Source: Nitrospirota bacterium
Lineage (GTDB): Bacteria > Nitrospirota > Leptospirillia > Leptospirillales > Leptospirillaceae
Length of the DNA stretch: 64,000 bases
Assembly: GCA_027415345.1 (NCBI GenBank)
Contig: DAIBTC010000001.1
Span: forward strand, 12,555 to 76,554
Direction: 5' to 3'
Positions 1 to 9,458 of the stretch are shown here, in pieces. Each line of letters begins with the position of its first letter. Within the stretch, counting starts at the first letter, position 1. Made by a program: the position numbers and the translations under genes. The notes under the pieces are model-generated. The model worked only from the letters and a program-made list of their open reading frames with translations, was not told the DNA's origin and did no database searches.

Positions 1-1
1 C

Positions 2-790
2 AACTCCTATCGATACCGTCTCCCGCTTGCCTCCGATCCTGGCGGGGCCGCTCTATTCCTGTCCCTTGCCCGGGCGAACTGGAAGAACGGGGAGAAGGAA
101 AGGGCGGGGCGGGAGCTAGATTCTGTTCTTGCCCATGGTCAGGATCCGGTGCTTCTCGCAATAGCCAGGAAGGTCCGATACCGCTGGCTGATCCAGGACG
201 GCAAGAAATCTCGGGCCCTCGACTGGGCGATTACTTTTTCCGGCAATCGAACCATTCCCTCCCCCGAGCGGAGGGAATGGTTCGGCAAGGCTTTGGATCT
301 GGCCCGGCAGATGAAGAGACCTGAGATCGAAAGGGAGGTCCTGGCCAGCTGGGCCGTTTCCGGCGTGCCGATCGACCATCCCGGGGAGGTCCTGGCCCGG
401 CTGGGACTCCTTGAGATCGGATCGGGGAATCCGGATAAGGGACGTTCGGATCTTATGCGCGCCCTCCCTTTAATCGAAGGTCGAAAGGATGATCGTCCCC
501 TTCTGGCCCAGGTCCTTTTTCGGCTGGGGCAGGAGTCCCTTCTGAGGGGCGACAGGCCGTCCTCCAGGCGCTACTGGAAGGAGATGCTGGCGTGTTGTTC
601 CTCCGATCCCCACGGAGGGTGGGTCACCTACCAGATGGGGCAGATGGCCCTCTCCGAAGGTCATGCCGGGGAGGCTCTCGAATGGTTTGAGAAGACTGTC
701 AAAAAATATCCTGGGGAGGAGGTGGCCCGGGTGGCCAGGGAAAAAATTCGCGCCATGAGACTGGAGAATAAGAATGGAGAACCCAGATGA
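2..790 (+). CDS. TPR-repeat protein, 5' end outside window
   Basis: Frame is open from the window edge into the listed 149..790 ORF (no stop upstream). TPR-like helical repeats, e.g. GHAGEALEWFEKTVKKYPGEEVARVAREKI. Function unknown. Confidence 0.5.
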   Translation, partial: NSYRYRLPLASDPGGAALFLSLARANWKNGEKERAGRELDSVLAHGQDPVLLAIARKVRYRWLIQDGKKSRALDWAITFSGNRTIPSPERREWFGKALDLARQMKRPEIEREVLASWAVSGVPIDHPGEVLARLGLLEIGSGNPDKGRSDLMRALPLIEGRKDDRPLLAQVLFRLGQESLLRGDRPSSRRYWKEMLACCSSDPHGGWVTYQMGQMALSEGHAGEALEWFEKTVKKYPGEEVARVAREKIRAMRLENKNGEPR

Positions 791-2024
791 GATCGTCACA
801 TCCGCAACCGGTGGGGAGGCCAGGGAAGAGGTCCTGAGACAGGCCTTTCTCTCCTTTCAGTCCGCCTCGGAGTCCCTTGTCACCTCCTACGCCGCCCTGG
901 AAAAAAGGATTGCGGATCTCTCAGAGGCCCTTACCCGAAAGAATCTGGACTTCGACCGGCAGGGGAGTTTTCTGGAAGCCATCCTGAAGAGTCTTTCCGC
1001 CGGAGTTCTCGTTCTGACACCGGGAGGAGCGACCCTCTACCGGAATCCCGCCATGGACATTTTGCCCGTCCCGACAGAGGGGTCTTTGATCCCTATTCTC
1101 GAGCAAAAAGGCCTCTGGCCGCCTGGCGAAACGGAGAACGAGTCAGCCTTTGAAGACGGTGGACGTTCCTGGGCCGTGGTGCGCCGGCCTGTTTCCGGTC
1201 CCGATGGACGGCCGATCGGATATGTCTTCATCTTCACCGACGTGACACGAATCCGCGAGATGGAGGAGGAGGTGGCCCGGGACCGGAGACTCCGGGCCAT
1301 GGGAGAAATGATCGCCCAGATCGCCCACGAGCTCCGAAATCCCCTTGGAAGTCTGGAGCTTTTCAGCTCCCTTCTCTCCCGGGATTCTGCCACTCCGGAA
1401 TCACGGGAATACCTCGGCCATATGATCACCTCGATCGCCTCCATGGACCGTCTGATCGGCAATCTCCTCTACCATACCCGGACCCCGGAGCTCCAGGAAG
1501 GGAGGGTCGAGTCCGAAGTTTTCATCCATCGCCTCTCCGCCGACTTTGCCCGCATGGTTCGTTCCGCCGCCCGTTCCCGGGCTGCCAGAACCCTGACATT
1601 TCATTCCGATCCTGCCCCTGCGCCTGCCATGCTCCATGTCGACGAGGAACTTCTCTACCATGCCCTTTTCAATCTTGTCAGCAACGGGCTTGAAGCCCTC
1701 ATGGGGCTTTCTCCAGAGGAGGATGGCCTCCGGGAACTGCGTCTCGAGACAGGCCGGGGCCCGTCCGGAGAATACCTTTTTATCGTAAAAGACAATGGCA
1801 CAGGAATTGCTGAAGAGGTGTCGGGGCGGATTTTTGATCCCTTCTTCACGACGCGGGCCAAAGGGACGGGCCTTGGGCTTTCCATCGTTCACAATATTGC
1901 GGTGGCCCATGGAGGGGAGATTCGCTACTTTCGGGCCGGGGCCTGGACGACATTTTCCCTGTCCATCCCTCCGGGACGGGTCGAACCGGTCCTGGCAAAT
2001 GGAAATCAAGGAGGCGAAAGGTGA
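774..2024 (+). CDS. cytoplasmic PAS-type sensor histidine kinase (FlgS/FleS-like by context)
   Basis: H-box HELRNPLGSL; ATPase boxes KDNGTGI and GTGLGLSIVHNIAVAHGGEI; no obvious TM helices; GTGA overlap with the downstream sigma-54 response regulator. Confidence 0.85.
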   Translation: MENPDEIVTSATGGEAREEVLRQAFLSFQSASESLVTSYAALEKRIADLSEALTRKNLDFDRQGSFLEAILKSLSAGVLVLTPGGATLYRNPAMDILPVPTEGSLIPILEQKGLWPPGETENESAFEDGGRSWAVVRRPVSGPDGRPIGYVFIFTDVTRIREMEEEVARDRRLRAMGEMIAQIAHELRNPLGSLELFSSLLSRDSATPESREYLGHMITSIASMDRLIGNLLYHTRTPELQEGRVESEVFIHRLSADFARMVRSAARSRAARTLTFHSDPAPAPAMLHVDEELLYHALFNLVSNGLEALMGLSPEEDGLRELRLETGRGPSGEYLFIVKDNGTGIAEEVSGRIFDPFFTTRAKGTGLGLSIVHNIAVAHGGEIRYFRAGAWTTFSLSIPPGRVEPVLANGNQGGER

Positions 2025-3421
2025 GTCCTCAGGAAGCCGGAAGTGTTCTTGTCGTTGATGACGAGCCGGAAATGGCGATCGCCCTCAGGGAAACGCTGAG
2101 ACGGGACGGTTACAGGGTCAGTCTGGCCCAGAACGGGCAGGAGGCGATCGAAAAAATTTCCCGGGAAGACTATGGATGGGTGATCAGCGATGTCCGAATG
2201 CCCTCTGTTGACGGATGGGAACTCTTGTCGAGGCTTAAGGAGAAATCTCCCCTGACGCGTGTCATATTCATGACGGCCTATGGAACGGTTCCCCAGGCTG
2301 TCGAGGCAATGAAGCAGGGGGCAGTCAATTTTTTGACAAAACCCTTCAAGGCGGAGGATCTGAGAAAGATCCTCGATCCCTCTCCCCTTTGTCCTCCGGG
2401 AGATGGAAGCCTCTCCGGGACAGGAGGAAGAAGTCCCTGGGAAAATGTCTCCCGACCGATAAAAACCCGCAACCCTGCGATGATCAGGATTCTTGGAATG
2501 ATCGACGCTGTCGCCTCGACACCGGCGACAATCCTGATCGAGGGGGAGAGCGGAACGGGAAAGGAGCTTCTTGCCCGTTATCTTCACGAACGTTCGACGA
2601 GGGCCCACCGCCCATTCGTCGCAGTCAACTGTGCCGCTCTTCCGGACAACCTTCTCGAGTCTGAACTTTTTGGCTATGAAAAGGGGGCCTTTTCCGGGGC
2701 CATGGCCCGGAAAGCCGGAAAGTTCGAGCTGGCCCATACAGGGACCCTGTTGCTCGACGAGATCGGGGAGATGGAACTCGGCCTCCAGGCCAAGCTGCTT
2801 CGGGTCATCCAGGAGAGGGAAATCGATCGCGTGGGGGGAACCCGTCCCGTTCCCGTTGATATCCGGATCATTGCCACGACAAACCGGAACCTGAAAGAAG
2901 AGGTGAGGGCGGGCCGATTCAGGGAGGATCTCTACTACCGCCTGAGGGTCTTTCCTGTGACTCTCCTTCCCCTCCGGGAACGGATGGAGGATATTCCCCT
3001 TCTGGCGGAGCGATTCCGTCAGGCCTTTGAAAGGGAACATATGGCGGTGGGCCCCTTTGCTCCTGAAACACTGGATCTTCTTGGGCGCCATAACTGGCCC
3101 GGCAATGTCCGGGAGCTTGAGAACGTCGTGACCAGGGCCGCTTTTCTGGCAGAGGGGCGTACGATCCTTCCCGTCCATGTGGCAGACCTTCTGGATTCGG
3201 AAGTCGGGGGAGGTGAAGAGGGTTCGGAGGGTGGGGTCGGAATCCGCCCCGGACGTTCTGTCTGGGAGGTCGAGCGGGAACTGATCCTCCGGACACTTTC
3301 CTCCTGTGGAGGGAACAAGGCCCAATCGGCAAGGCTTCTGGGAATCAATGTGAGAACCCTCAGGAACAAGCTTGCCGAATACGGAATCTCAGGAGAGGGA
3401 GGGACGGAGGGGACGGAATAA
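2021..3421 (+). CDS. sigma-54-dependent response regulator, NtrC family (FlgR/FleR-like by context)
   Basis: REC domain (VLVVDDEP...SDVRMP); AAA+ Walker A GESGTGKE; GAFSGA loop (GAFTGA type); C-terminal Fis-type HTH NKAQSARLLGINVRTLRNKL. Confidence 0.9.
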   Translation: MSPQEAGSVLVVDDEPEMAIALRETLRRDGYRVSLAQNGQEAIEKISREDYGWVISDVRMPSVDGWELLSRLKEKSPLTRVIFMTAYGTVPQAVEAMKQGAVNFLTKPFKAEDLRKILDPSPLCPPGDGSLSGTGGRSPWENVSRPIKTRNPAMIRILGMIDAVASTPATILIEGESGTGKELLARYLHERSTRAHRPFVAVNCAALPDNLLESELFGYEKGAFSGAMARKAGKFELAHTGTLLLDEIGEMELGLQAKLLRVIQEREIDRVGGTRPVPVDIRIIATTNRNLKEEVRAGRFREDLYYRLRVFPVTLLPLRERMEDIPLLAERFRQAFEREHMAVGPFAPETLDLLGRHNWPGNVRELENVVTRAAFLAEGRTILPVHVADLLDSEVGGGEEGSEGGVGIRPGRSVWEVERELILRTLSSCGGNKAQSARLLGINVRTLRNKLAEYGISGEGGTEGTE

Positions 3422-3433
3422 CCGGGAAAATTC

Positions 3434-3450
3434 TTCCTGCCAGGCAGGAA
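3434..3450 (+). promoter_or_regulatory. 17-bp palindrome TTCCTG-N5-CAGGAA, candidate enhancer site upstream of the flgB sigma-54 promoter
   Basis: Perfect inverted repeat TTCCTGCCAGGCAGGAA, 64 nt upstream of the -24 TGG. Same hexamers as the sites at 33222 and 46404 but with half-sites swapped. Confidence 0.3.
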
Positions 3451-3514
3451 CCGATTCCCCTTGCAAGGAAAAAGTCTTTCATGAAAATCCATAAAAGATA
3501 ATATCTTGAGATAT

Positions 3515-3530
3515 TGGTATGTTTGTTGCA
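3515..3530 (+). promoter_or_regulatory. sigma-54 (-24/-12) promoter of the flgB operon
   Basis: TGGTATGTTTGTTGCA matches TGGCAC-N5-TTGCW with GG and GC at canonical spacing. Lies 27 nt upstream of flgB ATG 3557, after an AT-rich stretch. Confidence 0.7.
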
Positions 3531-3556
3531 CTTTTATTTGTCAATGGAGGGGAATC

Positions 3557-3931
3557 ATGAAGCAGGTTCATCTTTTCGACAGGACAACCGACCTTCTCAA
3601 GGTCACGATGGATCTTCGCTCAAGGAGACATTTGCTTCTTGTGAGCAATATCGCCAATCAGGATACTCCCGGGTACATGGCCCGCGACCTTTCCTTCAAG
3701 AAGGAGCTCTCGAAAGCTCTGGAATCTCCCACCCGAAGGGATCTGGATCGGACGGATGGGACGCTCACCGTCAACACCGACGAGACGGTCGGAAATGACC
3801 TCAATACCGTCAATATCGAGCTGGAAATGCAGAAGCTTGCTTCAAATACGGGAAACTACAATGCCCTGGCCTCCATGGCAGGATGGAAATACCGGATGAT
3901 GGGGGATGCCATCTCGGGTGAAGGGAGGTAG
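3557..3931 (+). CDS. flgB: flagellar proximal rod protein FlgB
   Basis: Rod N-terminal motif LLVSNIANQDTPGY; SD GGAGGGG upstream of ATG 3557 (listed ORF starts earlier at 3506); precedes flgC. Confidence 0.9.
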   Translation: MKQVHLFDRTTDLLKVTMDLRSRRHLLLVSNIANQDTPGYMARDLSFKKELSKALESPTRRDLDRTDGTLTVNTDETVGNDLNTVNIELEMQKLASNTGNYNALASMAGWKYRMMGDAISGEGR

Positions 3932-3933
3932 CC

Positions 3934-4371
3934 GTGGGATTTTCCGACGCACTCAGAATTTCGGGTTCGGGGCTCGAGGCTGAACGGGTGAGGCTCAATG
4001 TCCTTGCCGGCAACCTGGCCAACGCCGATTCGACCAGGGGAAATCCGCATGGAGTCTATGAACGTCGGGATGTCATTTTTGCGGCCGTGGCTCCAGGACA
4101 GTCGTTTTCAGACATTCTCAACTCCCCGGTCCAAAGTCCGGTCAAGGAGGTCAAGGTTCTTGGCATGGTCCGGGATCCCCGTCCGCTCACCCGGACCTAT
4201 GATCCCCAGAATCCCGATGCCGACAAGGACGGCTTCGTCTTTCGCCCGAATATTTCGAAGCTCGAGGAAATGACCAACCTGATCGACGCGTCCAGGGCCT
4301 ACGAAGCCAACCTGACCGCCCTCGACACCACAAAGCGGATGGCCTCCAAGGATCTGACAATCCATGTCTAG
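3934..4371 (+). CDS. flgC: flagellar rod protein FlgC
   Basis: MGFSDALRISGSGLEAERVRLNVLAGNLANADSTR N-terminus and ASRAYEANLTAL C-terminal rod heptads; 145 aa. Confidence 0.95.
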   Translation: MGFSDALRISGSGLEAERVRLNVLAGNLANADSTRGNPHGVYERRDVIFAAVAPGQSFSDILNSPVQSPVKEVKVLGMVRDPRPLTRTYDPQNPDADKDGFVFRPNISKLEEMTNLIDASRAYEANLTALDTTKRMASKDLTIHV

Positions 4372-4403
4372 AAGGGGCTCACGCCGGGAAAGGGAGGGAT
4401 CGT

Positions 4404-4724
4404 ATGATTGATGAACCACGGATCGGAAGCGGAGGACCGCTTCAATCGGGACCTTTGGGGGAGGCGCAGGAGGGTCTTCCTTCGGCACCTCCTTCGGGGG
4501 AGGAGTCCTTCGTCCATGTCCTGAAGGATTCCATTGCGCGGGTCAACTCCCTCCAGACCGAGGCGGACAAGACGATCCAGGAGTTCTCGACCGGACAGGA
4601 GGGTGTGACCCTCCACCAGACAATGATCGAAATGGCCCAGGCCGATGTCTCCTTTCACCTGATGATGCAGGTCAGGGACCGGATCGTGAAGGCCTACCAG
4701 GAAATGAACAACATGCCGCTGTAA
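4404..4724 (+). CDS. fliE: flagellar hook-basal body protein FliE
   Basis: C-terminal FliE signature TLHQTMIEMAQADVSFHLMMQVRDRIVKAYQEMNNMPL; position between flgC and fliF. Confidence 0.9.
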   Translation: MIDEPRIGSGGPLQSGPLGEAQEGLPSAPPSGEESFVHVLKDSIARVNSLQTEADKTIQEFSTGQEGVTLHQTMIEMAQADVSFHLMMQVRDRIVKAYQEMNNMPL

Positions 4725-4742
4725 GGGTTAAGAGGGCTCGAT

Positions 4743-6338
4743 ATGGACATTTTGCGCAAGATTTTCGAAACGGTTTCCCTGTGGTTTGGCCGCCTTTCCC
4801 TCGGACAGAAAATCGTGGCGGGGGTTCTGGGCGTCCTCCTGGCGGGAGTCATGATATTTCTGGGAGTCGCAGGAAAGAACGTCGACCAGGCAGTCCTCTA
4901 TTCGCGACTTTCTCCTGTGGATTCCTTTGAGATCCAGCAGAAACTTGACAGGATGGGGATTCCCTATGCGGTCTCTACCAAGGGTGGAGTCATCCGCGTT
5001 CCCAAGAGCCAGGTTTACACCCTCCGGATGGAGCTCGCTGACGAAGGACTTCCGCGGCATCACGGAGCCGGATTCGACATCTTCGATCATCCTTCCCTCA
5101 CGACGACGGACTTTGTTCAGCACGTCCAGTACCTCCAGGCCCTCCAGTCTGAACTCGACCGCACCATCGAAGAGATGAGCCCGATCGCCCTGGCCCGGGT
5201 CTCCATTGTCCTTCCCCGCCGATCGGTCTTTCTTCGGCATCAGGCGGGGGCCCACGCCTCTGTCCTTGTCCGCCTGAAGCCCGGCCGGACTCTCGATCAA
5301 GGCCAGGTGAACGGGATCGTCCATCTTGTTGCCAACGCGGTTGAAGGTCTGACTCCCGAGCATGTGACGATTGTCGACAACACGGGAACGATCCTGAACA
5401 GGAAACGTCAGGGTCTGGTCCCGGGGGAGCTGACGAAGGCCCAGCTGGCCTACCAGTCGATGGTGGAACATCGCCTGAGAAGAAGAGTCCAGACCATGCT
5501 GGACCAGGTTCTGGGAGAAGGACAGTCTGTGGTTCGCGTCAATGCGACCCTGAATTTCCGCCGGGTCGAGGAGACCAGCGAGCAGTTCGATCCCAAGGGA
5601 CGGGCTCTTGCAGAACGGGAGAAGCTTCGGGAAAAATCCTCCGGATCCCGGATCGTTCCCGTGGGGATTCCCGGTGTCCTGAGTAACATTCCCGGTCCCA
5701 GCGGGAAGGTCGCCAGTCCTCCACTGGGGCCAAAAAACGGCACAGAATCAAGGTATTCCAAGAAAAAGGATATCGAGCATTACGACGTGAGCCACACCAT
5801 GAGCCATATCGTCGAACCGACCGGGACCGTTGCAAAGATCTCCGTCTCGGTCCTCGTAAATGGAAAGACCCGGACCGTGGCGGGCAAGCAAGGGGAAACG
5901 ACGGTCTACGAACCGAGGACCCCCGAGGAAATCGCTTCCTTTACCCGGATCGTCCAGAATGCCATCGGTTACGATGCCTCCAGGGGGGATACCGTGGTTG
6001 TGGATTCCGTGCCCTTTGTCAGACCGGAATCGGAAGGGGCAAAAAACCAGGAAGCCCGGATGGCCGAGCGCCTCAAGCCCTTCCTGCCGCTTCTGGAGAT
6101 ATTCCTGGGTGGACTTTTGGTCCTGGTCTTCAGTCTCTTCATCCTGAAACCGATTCTCCAGAGCATGGTCACGAAGGCGGTGCCCCTTCCGGCCCAGGGG
6201 CCAGGGGTGATGCCGATTCCCGTGCGGGAGAGCGAACAGGAGGTCGTCCGTTCCAGCAAGGAGGATATTGCCCAGATGACTCAGGAGGATCCCTCCCAGG
6301 CGGCCCAGGTCCTCAGGCTGTGGCTCAAGGAAAAGTAG
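4743..6338 (+). CDS. fliF: flagellar MS-ring protein FliF
   Basis: 531 aa with N-terminal and C-proximal TM segments and a YscJ/FliF-type periplasmic region; synteny fliE-fliF-fliG. Confidence 0.95.
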   Translation: MDILRKIFETVSLWFGRLSLGQKIVAGVLGVLLAGVMIFLGVAGKNVDQAVLYSRLSPVDSFEIQQKLDRMGIPYAVSTKGGVIRVPKSQVYTLRMELADEGLPRHHGAGFDIFDHPSLTTTDFVQHVQYLQALQSELDRTIEEMSPIALARVSIVLPRRSVFLRHQAGAHASVLVRLKPGRTLDQGQVNGIVHLVANAVEGLTPEHVTIVDNTGTILNRKRQGLVPGELTKAQLAYQSMVEHRLRRRVQTMLDQVLGEGQSVVRVNATLNFRRVEETSEQFDPKGRALAEREKLREKSSGSRIVPVGIPGVLSNIPGPSGKVASPPLGPKNGTESRYSKKKDIEHYDVSHTMSHIVEPTGTVAKISVSVLVNGKTRTVAGKQGETTVYEPRTPEEIASFTRIVQNAIGYDASRGDTVVVDSVPFVRPESEGAKNQEARMAERLKPFLPLLEIFLGGLLVLVFSLFILKPILQSMVTKAVPLPAQGPGVMPIPVRESEQEVVRSSKEDIAQMTQEDPSQAAQVLRLWLKEK

Positions 6339-6350
6339 GAGGGAGTCGCG

Positions 6351-7355
6351 TTGGCCAAGAGGAAGCTGTCCGGTCTGGAGAAGGCGGCGATCTTTATCGC
6401 GGCTGTCGGGCCGGAGGTCGCCGCCGAGATCCTGAAGCAGCTTGACATCAAGGAGGTCGGGGTGATTTCGAGTTTGATCGCCCAGATGGGAGAGGTCAGC
6501 ACAGAGGAAATCGACGAGGTGATGGGGGAGTTCTCCGTCGTCTACAAGGCCACCCGAGGTCTTCCGCGCATGGGTGAAAAGTACATGCGCGAAATTCTGG
6601 AGAAGTCCCTTGGCAAGGAGCAGGCCGACCAGATCTTCGAGTCCATGAATGATCAGGAAGGGACCAATCTCCAGTCCCTCAAGTGGATGGATCCCAAGTC
6701 GATCGCGAACCTGATAAGAAATGAGCACCCCCAGACGATCGCCCTGATCCTGAACTACCTGAATCCGAACCAGACGGCCAACGTCCTGGCCTACCTTCCG
6801 GAGGCCCTCAAGGCGGATGTGGTTTTTCGCATGGCCACACTGGAGGATATCAATCCCCAGGTGATTCGTGACCTTGAGGAGGTCATTTCAACCGAGATCC
6901 AGATGATGGGAGGGTCATTGACCAGCCTGGGTGTCAGCCGGATTGAAAAGACGGCCAACCTGTTGAATGAAATGGACCGGTCAACGTCGGAGGGAATTCT
7001 CGACTACATCGGCCAGAACGATCAGGCTGTGGCCGAACAGATCCGGGCGCTCATGTTCGTCTTCGACGACCTTGTCATGGTGGACAACCGGGGAATCCAG
7101 GCTCTCCTCCAGAGCGTTTCACGCGATATCCTCACCAAGGCGATGCGGGGTGCGGGGGATGCCGTCAAGGAAAAGATCCTGTCGAACATGTCGACAAGGG
7201 CGCAGGCGGCTCTCAAGGAAGATATCGACTCGATGGGGGGCATCCCCCTCAAGGATGTGGAATCCGCCCAGGCCGAGATCATGAAGGCCGTCCGCCGTCT
7301 CGAGGCCGAAGGGAAGCTGGTGATCCTCGGGCGGGGAGGAGAACAGATTGTCTAG
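6351..7355 (+). CDS. fliG: flagellar motor switch protein FliG
   Basis: 334 aa; NEHPQTIALIL and MFVFDDL motifs typical of FliG; TTG start. Confidence 0.95.
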   Translation: MAKRKLSGLEKAAIFIAAVGPEVAAEILKQLDIKEVGVISSLIAQMGEVSTEEIDEVMGEFSVVYKATRGLPRMGEKYMREILEKSLGKEQADQIFESMNDQEGTNLQSLKWMDPKSIANLIRNEHPQTIALILNYLNPNQTANVLAYLPEALKADVVFRMATLEDINPQVIRDLEEVISTEIQMMGGSLTSLGVSRIEKTANLLNEMDRSTSEGILDYIGQNDQAVAEQIRALMFVFDDLVMVDNRGIQALLQSVSRDILTKAMRGAGDAVKEKILSNMSTRAQAALKEDIDSMGGIPLKDVESAQAEIMKAVRRLEAEGKLVILGRGGEQIV

Positions 7356-8067
7356 CACCGGCCGGGGTTTTCAAGGGTGGAGCCAGGAGAGCCTTGAAGG
7401 ATCGGGATGGTCCGGGAATGGCGGCAGGGAAGGTGAGGCCCGGGGCGGATCCCGGGATCAGAAAGCTCAGATATCCTCCTCCCGGATCGAGGAAGACCTT
7501 TTTCTCCGGTCGGAAGAGGTAGCCCGTGTGGAGGAAGAGGCCCGGAAAATCGGCTATGAGGCCGGATATGCCGAGGGATTCGAAAAGGCCCGGGCCGACA
7601 TGGAACCCCTTCGCCAGGCCTGGCTCGACTGGGCTTCCCGGATGCACCGATTCGAGGCCGAACGTCTCAGGGGGCTTCTTCCGGTCCTGGTGGAGCTTCT
7701 GGAAAAGGCGCTTCAAAAGGTACTCGGAGAGGAGGAGGACCGCCCAAAGATCCTGAGGAAGCTCCTTGAACGCATGGTGGGGGACTATGCCTCCGGCCGC
7801 GAAGGGGAGCTTCTGGTGCCGGAGTCGGATTATCAGCTGGTCACCCGGTCCGATCCCGGATTTCCGGAAGAGCTTGCAACCCGGGGAATTCGGCTCGGAG
7901 TTGGTCCGGATCTGCCTCCCCGGCACGTGGAACTCCGTTTTGCCGACAGGATTGTCTCCTTCGACCCTGCCTCTGCCGGAGGCTCTTTTCGAAGAACGCT
8001 CTCCCGGGTCAATCCTGGTCCGATCAATGAAAGCCCTGGGGAAAACGAAGGGGAGGTTCATCCGTGA
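7348..8067 (+). CDS. fliH: flagellar export ATPase regulator FliH
   Basis: EEEARKIGYEAGYAEGFEKARAD FliH-type helical region; overlaps the fliG stop and the fliI start; start codon (TTG 7348) uncertain. Confidence 0.8.
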   Translation: MSSTGRGFQGWSQESLEGSGWSGNGGREGEARGGSRDQKAQISSSRIEEDLFLRSEEVARVEEEARKIGYEAGYAEGFEKARADMEPLRQAWLDWASRMHRFEAERLRGLLPVLVELLEKALQKVLGEEEDRPKILRKLLERMVGDYASGREGELLVPESDYQLVTRSDPGFPEELATRGIRLGVGPDLPPRHVELRFADRIVSFDPASAGGSFRRTLSRVNPGPINESPGENEGEVHP

Positions 8068-9431
8068 GGGTCGGGATGGAGGACGCCCTTTTCGACGGGT
8101 GGCTTGCCCAGGCGGGAGAGTCGATGGATCGCCTTCTTTCGGGGTGGAGTCCGGACCAGGAAGGGGGACTGGTGGTCCAGGGAGTAGGGCTCATGATCGA
8201 GGCCAAGGGAATGAATCTGGGGGTCGGGGAAATCTGCACGCTCCTCTCCGATCCTCCGATCGATGCCGAGGTGGTGGGGTTCCGGGAGGGGAGGACTCTC
8301 CTGATGCCGCTCGGAGATCTCGAGGGGGTCAGGCCGGGAACCCGTCTCATGAGGAAAAGCCGGATAACCTCGGTCTTTCTCTCTCCGGAATGGCTGGGAC
8401 GGGTCATCGATCCGCTTGGACGCCCCCTGGACGGTAGTCCTCTCCCGGAAGGAACGGTCGAGATGCCCCTTCGTGGACGGCCCATCAATCCGCTAAAGCG
8501 CCAGAGGATCGACCGTCCTCTCGACCTTTCGGTTCGCTCGATCAATGCCCTTGCCACGGTGGGTATCGGCCAGAAGATCGGGGTCTTCGCCGGACCGGGG
8601 GTCGGGAAAAGCACCCTGATCGGGATGATGGCCCGGAATGCCGCCGTGGATGTCAATGTCATCGCCCTGGTCGGAGAACGGGGTCGGGAGGTCCGGGAAT
8701 TTCTGGAGAGGGACCTGGGGCCGGAGGGGTTGTCCCGGTCGGTTCTCGTGGTGGCCACAGGAGAACAGCCGCCTCTTCTCAAGACCCGTGCCACCCTTTT
8801 GGCCATGGCCATTGCCGAAATGTTCCGGGACATGGGGAGACAGGTCCTGTTTGTCATGGATTCCCTGACCCGGTATGCCGGAGCGCTTCGGGAAATCGGG
8901 CTGGCAACGGGAGAACCTCCCTCAGCACGGGGATATACCCCTTCCGTCTTTGCCCAGCTTCCCCGGCTGGTGGAACGGGCTGGCTGCGGAGAAGGGGCCG
9001 GGTCCATCACCGGGATCTTTACCGTTCTCGTGGAGGGGGACGATATCCCCTCTGATCCCCTTTCGGAGGCCCTGACGGCCATTCTTGACGGCCATGTCCA
9101 CCTGTCGCGCTCCCTGGCCCAGGAAGGCATTTTCCCTGCCGTCGATCCTGTGGACAGCCTCTCGCGGGTGATGGTGGACATCGTTCCGGAGGAGATCCAG
9201 ACATTGTCCCGGGAATGGCGACGTCTTTATGGCCTTTACCGGCGCTCCGAGGACCTGATCCGGATCGGGGCCTATGTGGCAGGGACCGATCCGCTGCTCG
9301 ACAGGGCGGTCGGCCTTCACGAGGCAATGACGGATTTTCTGCGCCAGTCCAGGGAAGAGCGGGTCTCCCTCGATCGGGCATTCGAGGATCTTGCCCTCTC
9401 TTTGGAGGAAGTGCCGGAGGAGATCCCATGA
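8064..9431 (+). CDS. fliI: flagellum-specific ATPase FliI
   Basis: Walker A GPGVGKST, Walker B LFVMDSLTR; F1-beta-like throughout. Confidence 0.97.
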   Translation: MRVGMEDALFDGWLAQAGESMDRLLSGWSPDQEGGLVVQGVGLMIEAKGMNLGVGEICTLLSDPPIDAEVVGFREGRTLLMPLGDLEGVRPGTRLMRKSRITSVFLSPEWLGRVIDPLGRPLDGSPLPEGTVEMPLRGRPINPLKRQRIDRPLDLSVRSINALATVGIGQKIGVFAGPGVGKSTLIGMMARNAAVDVNVIALVGERGREVREFLERDLGPEGLSRSVLVVATGEQPPLLKTRATLLAMAIAEMFRDMGRQVLFVMDSLTRYAGALREIGLATGEPPSARGYTPSVFAQLPRLVERAGCGEGAGSITGIFTVLVEGDDIPSDPLSEALTAILDGHVHLSRSLAQEGIFPAVDPVDSLSRVMVDIVPEEIQTLSREWRRLYGLYRRSEDLIRIGAYVAGTDPLLDRAVGLHEAMTDFLRQSREERVSLDRAFEDLALSLEEVPEEIP

Positions 9432-9458
9432 CAGGCCTGACCCTGGACGGGGCGGGTG

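Noticed and set aside
2006-3325. Long minus-strand ORF (439 aa) antisense to the sigma-54 activator. Similar long antisense ORFs occur at 5748..6728, 8024..9181, 8922..9935, 12051..12890, 15570..16724, 19127..20485, 25144..26568, 28636..29835, 30243..31274, 31409..32542, 48026..49015, 52958..54562 and 56004..57221 (all -), and at 61424..62299 (+).
   Set aside because: All are Arg/Pro/Gly-rich, motif-free translations that fully overlap genes with strong family signatures on the other strand. These are typical stop-poor shadow frames of GC-rich DNA.
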